Positions 26,326 through 30,124 of a stretch of DNA of 30,124 nucleotides are shown here, piece by piece. Below the pieces are notes generated by a model, which saw only the letters and a program-made list of their open reading frames with translations, was not told the DNA's origin and did not search any database. Positions within the stretch are counted from its first letter, which is position 1. Every line of letters starts with the position of its first letter. The stretch is taken from positions 1-30,124 of IMG/VR virus record IMGVR_UViG_3300030109_002488; one strand, written 5' to 3'. Made by a program: the position numbers and the translations under genes. Source of the DNA: a virus. Lineage: Duplodnaviria; Caudoviricetes.

Positions 26326-26352
26326 ACCAATTAATAATTAAAAACAATAAAT

Positions 26353-27135
26353 ATGGCAATACAAAGTAATGCGAGTACAGAAGAAGTTGTAGGTGGAATT
26401 AAAACCTACTCAGGTTTAACTAATGTAAAAGTTATGGCTGTAAACCCAACAATGAGGGAATTACATGACATGGACATTAATGTTAAACAAGAACCTAATT
26501 ATAAAGTAGAATTTAGTGGTGAAGAATATAATAAAGTTGTATTTTGGCTAGCTAATTCAGACGGTAACTTTAAATTAGAAATATTAATGCAAAATAAACA
26601 CAGAGTGTCTCAATCAGGTAAACACCAATGGATGAATAATATTGGTCAGTCTACATGGTCAGAAGAAGAGCCTACATATGACTGGTGGAAAGCAGAAGGT
26701 CAGAGAAAAGCTTACACAGGTGAGGAAACTCTTATTAATTTTGTTAAAGCTTGGGCTAACGTAGCTGCTGGTGATAATGTATATTTTGAAACAGTATCTG
26801 CAATAGCTAATGGTAATATAAATGAGCTTAAAGCTTTAGTTCACACACTTTCAGGCAATGAGGTAAGAGTTCTTATTGGTGTAAAAGATGATAAATATCA
26901 GCAAGTATATACTAAATACTTTGGTAGAGTAAAACCTCAGCGTGATGATTTATTTATTAAAGCACTTAATGATGACTATGGTTCATTTAATGCTGATTTT
27001 AATGCTGATCTAAAGTGGGGGACACATGTGTCTACTGCCGCACTAGTTACTCCTGACACAATCAATGAAGATGAAGATTGGACTGGAGAAGCTACTACTG
27101 CAGAAGCTCCAGCTAAACAAGATCTTCCCTTCTAA
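26353..27135 (+). CDS. Putative single-stranded DNA-binding protein
   Basis: Acidic tail ending DLPF, located between the Sak4-like ATPase and primase. Confidence 0.65.
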   Translation: MAIQSNASTEEVVGGIKTYSGLTNVKVMAVNPTMRELHDMDINVKQEPNYKVEFSGEEYNKVVFWLANSDGNFKLEILMQNKHRVSQSGKHQWMNNIGQSTWSEEEPTYDWWKAEGQRKAYTGEETLINFVKAWANVAAGDNVYFETVSAIANGNINELKALVHTLSGNEVRVLIGVKDDKYQQVYTKYFGRVKPQRDDLFIKALNDDYGSFNADFNADLKWGTHVSTAALVTPDTINEDEDWTGEATTAEAPAKQDLPF

Positions 27136-28121
27136 TGATTAATTCTAGAAGCAGCGAAGATCATTTGCATACAGATGTCATACTTAGTAAAATTACTGAG
27201 TATGACATTTTTGCATATTATTGTTCTAGTTTTAAAACTTTAAATAAAAAGTTTTGTAGCGAGTTAAGAAAAGATGAAACACCGTCTGCTTCTATAGTGA
27301 TGTGGAGTGGTAACCTATTATATAAAGACTTTGGTTATCCTGATCACACATTTAACTGTTTTAGTTATGTTCAATTTAAGTACGCAATTTCTTTTATAGA
27401 CGCTTTAAAAATTATCGATTGTGATTTTAATTTAAATTTAAGTTCTAAAAAAGAAGAAAGATTATTTACTATGGGGTATCTTGGTAGTACAAAACCTCAG
27501 CCTAAATATGTAGAAAAACCAACAATCATTCAAAAACGAGCAAGATCTTGGAATAAAGATGATGCGAACTTTTGGCGAAAATATTTGGTAAGTAAAAAAA
27601 TACTTAATACTTTTGCAGTTGAACCAATAAGTCACTACTGGGTAAACAACAACAGATTTACTTGTAAATCAATTACTTATGTATTTAAGTTTAAAAATCG
27701 ATATAAAATCTATTCTCCTTACGAAGAAAAAAATAAGTGGTTAAGCAATACAAAAAAGACAGATGTTCAAGGCTATAATCAACTCCCGAATAAAGGTGAG
27801 AGACTTATCATTACTTCTTCCCTCAAAGATGTTATGTGTTTATATGCTGCAGGCTATCATTCGATAGCTATGCAAAGTGAAATGCAAATACCTAATGAGA
27901 AACTAATAAGTGAGCTAAAACAACGATTTAATATAGTAGAAATTTTATATGATAATGATTTTAACAATGTAAATAACCCTGGCCAAAACATGGCTAAAAA
28001 GATATGTGATTTATATGGTTTTAATAACATTTGCATACCTCAAGAGTATGAAGTCAAAGATCCATCAGATTTAATATTTAAGGTAGGCAATTTTAATGAA
28101 CTTAAAAACATATTAAAATGA
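27135..28121 (+). CDS. dnaG: DnaG-like DNA primase (TOPRIM)
   Basis: SELRKDETPS, YKDFG, ITSSLKDVM, YDND and KDPSD motifs typical of crAss primases. Confidence 0.88.
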   Translation: MINSRSSEDHLHTDVILSKITEYDIFAYYCSSFKTLNKKFCSELRKDETPSASIVMWSGNLLYKDFGYPDHTFNCFSYVQFKYAISFIDALKIIDCDFNLNLSSKKEERLFTMGYLGSTKPQPKYVEKPTIIQKRARSWNKDDANFWRKYLVSKKILNTFAVEPISHYWVNNNRFTCKSITYVFKFKNRYKIYSPYEEKNKWLSNTKKTDVQGYNQLPNKGERLIITSSLKDVMCLYAAGYHSIAMQSEMQIPNEKLISELKQRFNIVEILYDNDFNNVNNPGQNMAKKICDLYGFNNICIPQEYEVKDPSDLIFKVGNFNELKNILK

Positions 28122-29287
28122 CACGAGATGAAATTATTGAAAAATTTAGAACACGTAAAGGATTTTTAAAAAAAGGAGCACAATGGTTAGCAGACAAATG
28201 GGAAGTAGATATAGCTATTATTAAAGATTGTAAAAAACTTGTAACGTCTGAAGAATGGGTACAAGAAAGAATGAATAATGATAATGGTCATGAACTTACT
28301 ACAAGTCAAGCTTTTCAAAAACACTTACTAGACAATGGATTAACAATGGCAGACGTAAAGTCTGTTAAGTTTTGGCAAAACTTTAATGGAGAACAAAGAT
28401 ATAGTATAGTAACACATAATCAGTGGCATGAACAGCCTCAAGTTAAAGAAGAGTTACTTAAATATATAAAAACAAGATCAACTAAAGTACCAAAGCTTAA
28501 ATACAAAAAACCAAAAGACCCTATTTGCTATGAAATATCTTTACCAGATATACATTACGGTAAAATAACTGACGAAGGGCCAGAAGCATTAGAAAAACAC
28601 TATATACAAATTATTCAAGATCTGCATAGAAAAGCAGACGGTTTAGAAATTGAACGATTTCTTTTACCTGTAGGTAATGATGGACTTAATTCTGAAGGTA
28701 TGAGTCGAGCTACAACTAAAGGCACACCTCAACAAGATAGTATGCGTTGGCGTCAGTCTTTTAGAGGTTATTGGCATTTAGTTACAAAAGCAATTGATTA
28801 TTTATCACAATTTGCACCTGTAGATGTATTAGTTGTGCAAGGTAATCATGACTTTGAACGTATGTTTTACGTTGGAGAAGTTTTAGACGCATTGTATCAT
28901 AATAATAAAAATGTAAGTATAGACAATAGTTTAGAGTCACGTAAATATTATGAGTATGGTATAAATATGATTATGTTTACACACGGTGATAAAGAAAAGC
29001 CTCAAGAGCTTCCACTATTAATTGCTACTGAGCAACCTGATATGTGGAGTAGATGTAAAGTTAGAGAAGTACACTGTGGACATAAACATAAAGAAATGTT
29101 AAACGAATATATGGGTACTAAAGTTAGATTTATACCTAGTATATGTGCTAATGATACTTGGCATAAAACACAAGGATATGTAGGAACACTAAGATGTGGA
29201 CAAGCATACATATGGAATAAAAATAGAGGACTAGAAGGATATTTACAAACTAATGTAATGAACTATGAAGAAAAGAAAATATGTTAA
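28118..29287 (+). CDS. Calcineurin-like metallophosphoesterase/nuclease
   Basis: PDIHYG, GND, GNHD, HGD and GHKH metal-binding motifs. Confidence 0.88.
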   Translation: MTRDEIIEKFRTRKGFLKKGAQWLADKWEVDIAIIKDCKKLVTSEEWVQERMNNDNGHELTTSQAFQKHLLDNGLTMADVKSVKFWQNFNGEQRYSIVTHNQWHEQPQVKEELLKYIKTRSTKVPKLKYKKPKDPICYEISLPDIHYGKITDEGPEALEKHYIQIIQDLHRKADGLEIERFLLPVGNDGLNSEGMSRATTKGTPQQDSMRWRQSFRGYWHLVTKAIDYLSQFAPVDVLVVQGNHDFERMFYVGEVLDALYHNNKNVSIDNSLESRKYYEYGINMIMFTHGDKEKPQELPLLIATEQPDMWSRCKVREVHCGHKHKEMLNEYMGTKVRFIPSICANDTWHKTQGYVGTLRCGQAYIWNKNRGLEGYLQTNVMNYEEKKIC

Positions 29288-29711
29288 AAGGAAAGGTAGA
29301 ACCAAAGTAAAAAATGCTAAAAAATCTACCTATGATGGTAAACATTTTCAGTCTAATTTAGAACTGTATTGTTACAAACAACTAGAAGAAGCAAAAATAC
29401 CAGTAGAGTATGAACAACACACATTTACTATATTTCCTGCTACTGTGTACCCACAAGCTTGTTATGAGGGTACATCTAAAAAGTTATATAACAAAGGATC
29501 TAAAATTAGACCTATAACATATACACCTGACTTTGTAGATCCTGATGGTAAATTTATTATAGAAACAAAAGGTTATGCAAATGAATCTTTTCCATTAAGG
29601 TGGAAATTATTTAAAAAACATCTTAAAGATAAGCAACATCGTTATGTCTTGTTTATGCCTAGAAATAAAAAACAAGTTGACGAGGTTGTAGATATTATAA
29701 AACAACTATAG
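29265..29711 (+). CDS. PD-(D/E)xK endonuclease (T7 endonuclease I/DUF1064-like)
   Basis: FQSNLE...YTPDF...IIETKG...LRWKLFK. Confidence 0.85.
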   Translation: MKKRKYVKRKGRTKVKNAKKSTYDGKHFQSNLELYCYKQLEEAKIPVEYEQHTFTIFPATVYPQACYEGTSKKLYNKGSKIRPITYTPDFVDPDGKFIIETKGYANESFPLRWKLFKKHLKDKQHRYVLFMPRNKKQVDEVVDIIKQL

Positions 29712-29715
29712 ATTG

Positions 29716-29783
29716 AGGGGAGGTTAGTAATTTAATTAATAACTGAGCGGTTATACTTTGTGTGCAATTACAATTCCTCCCCT
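29716..29783 (+). terminator. Long-loop structured element with T-tail (terminator-like)
   Basis: AGGGGAGG pairs with CCTCCCCT, enclosing GTAATT/AATTAC and an ATAACT-GAGC-GGTTAT hairpin. A T-run follows. Confidence 0.5.
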
Positions 29784-29815
29784 TTTTCTTTTTATTAATC
29801 AATTAAACAAAAATT

Positions 29816-30034
29816 ATGAATTACGATCAATGGAAATTAAGTAACCCTATAGATGATGGGTACGGATACGAAATGGTAAGCGATTGTTGCGGAGCAAAAA
29901 TGGATGAAGACAGAGGTCTTTGTTATCAATGCAAAGATCATTGTGAACCTATGGAAGACTACGAATATGAAGCTGCTAGAGAAGAAGCATACAAAGAAAT
30001 GATGGCAGACGGAGAAAGGGATGAAGGCCTATGA
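29816..30034 (+). CDS. Small zinc-finger-like protein
   Basis: SDCCGA...CYQCKDHC motif; 72 aa. Confidence 0.7.
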   Translation: MNYDQWKLSNPIDDGYGYEMVSDCCGAKMDEDRGLCYQCKDHCEPMEDYEYEAAREEAYKEMMADGERDEGL

Positions 30035-30124
30035 TAAATAAGGTCACTAGAAAGTCTATGCTTATTAGACCTTCAGGTAGATCTACAGATTTTATTAGTC
30101 CAAGTTTTGGTTATGGCTGTTTAT

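Noticed and set aside
16015-29211. Minus-strand ORFs (16015, 16636, 16880, 18064, 19913, 20559, 22830, 23156, 23946, 24667, 25102, 29002)
   Set aside because: They lie opposite better plus-strand genes or span promoter/poly-A tracts, and have no recognisable motifs.
1-30124. Stop-codon reassignment, as seen in some crAss clades
   Set aside because: Core genes are full length in the standard code. TAG (terL) and TGA (7609, 24728) serve as ordinary stops.
1-30124. CRISPR array, integrase, transposase, reverse transcriptase/DGR
   Set aside because: No regularly spaced repeats or corresponding protein motifs were seen.
30035-30124. Possible structured element (AAGGTC...GACCTT) at the window end
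   Set aside because: Truncated by the window, with too little sequence to support a call.

Overview
An AT-rich fragment of a crAss-like (Crassvirales-type) Bacteroidota phage, read in the standard genetic code. Bases 1-15.7 kb are a minus-strand virion and packaging module. In transcription order it holds GroES, a wHTH protein, a Cys-rich protein, an HU/IHF-like protein, a putative TerS, TerL, portal, two modular cargo-like proteins, a putative scaffold, the major capsid protein and downstream structural genes. Bases 16.2-30.1 kb are a plus-strand early and replication module: small ORFs, PolA, SF2 helicase, DnaB, Sak4-like ATPase, SSB, primase, a metallophosphoesterase and an endonuclease. 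Host-type TAnnTTTG promoters point to a Bacteroidota host. The most notable signal is a dense non-coding RNA region around the strand switch. It contains a type III hammerhead ribozyme (17326-17376) flanked by two matching T-loop-like hairpins. An unassigned ~380-nt nested, pseudoknotted structured RNA follows directly (17411-17795). There are also two similar small H-type pseudoknots and a separate promoter-driven ~230-nt structured RNA on the minus strand (15810-16035). Between portal and scaffold lie two modular proteins (DUF192-like plus beta-barrel-like; tandem zincin) whose domains are punctuated by a repeated YQxGG/KKGG motif. All family calls come from motif recognition by eye, not database searches.
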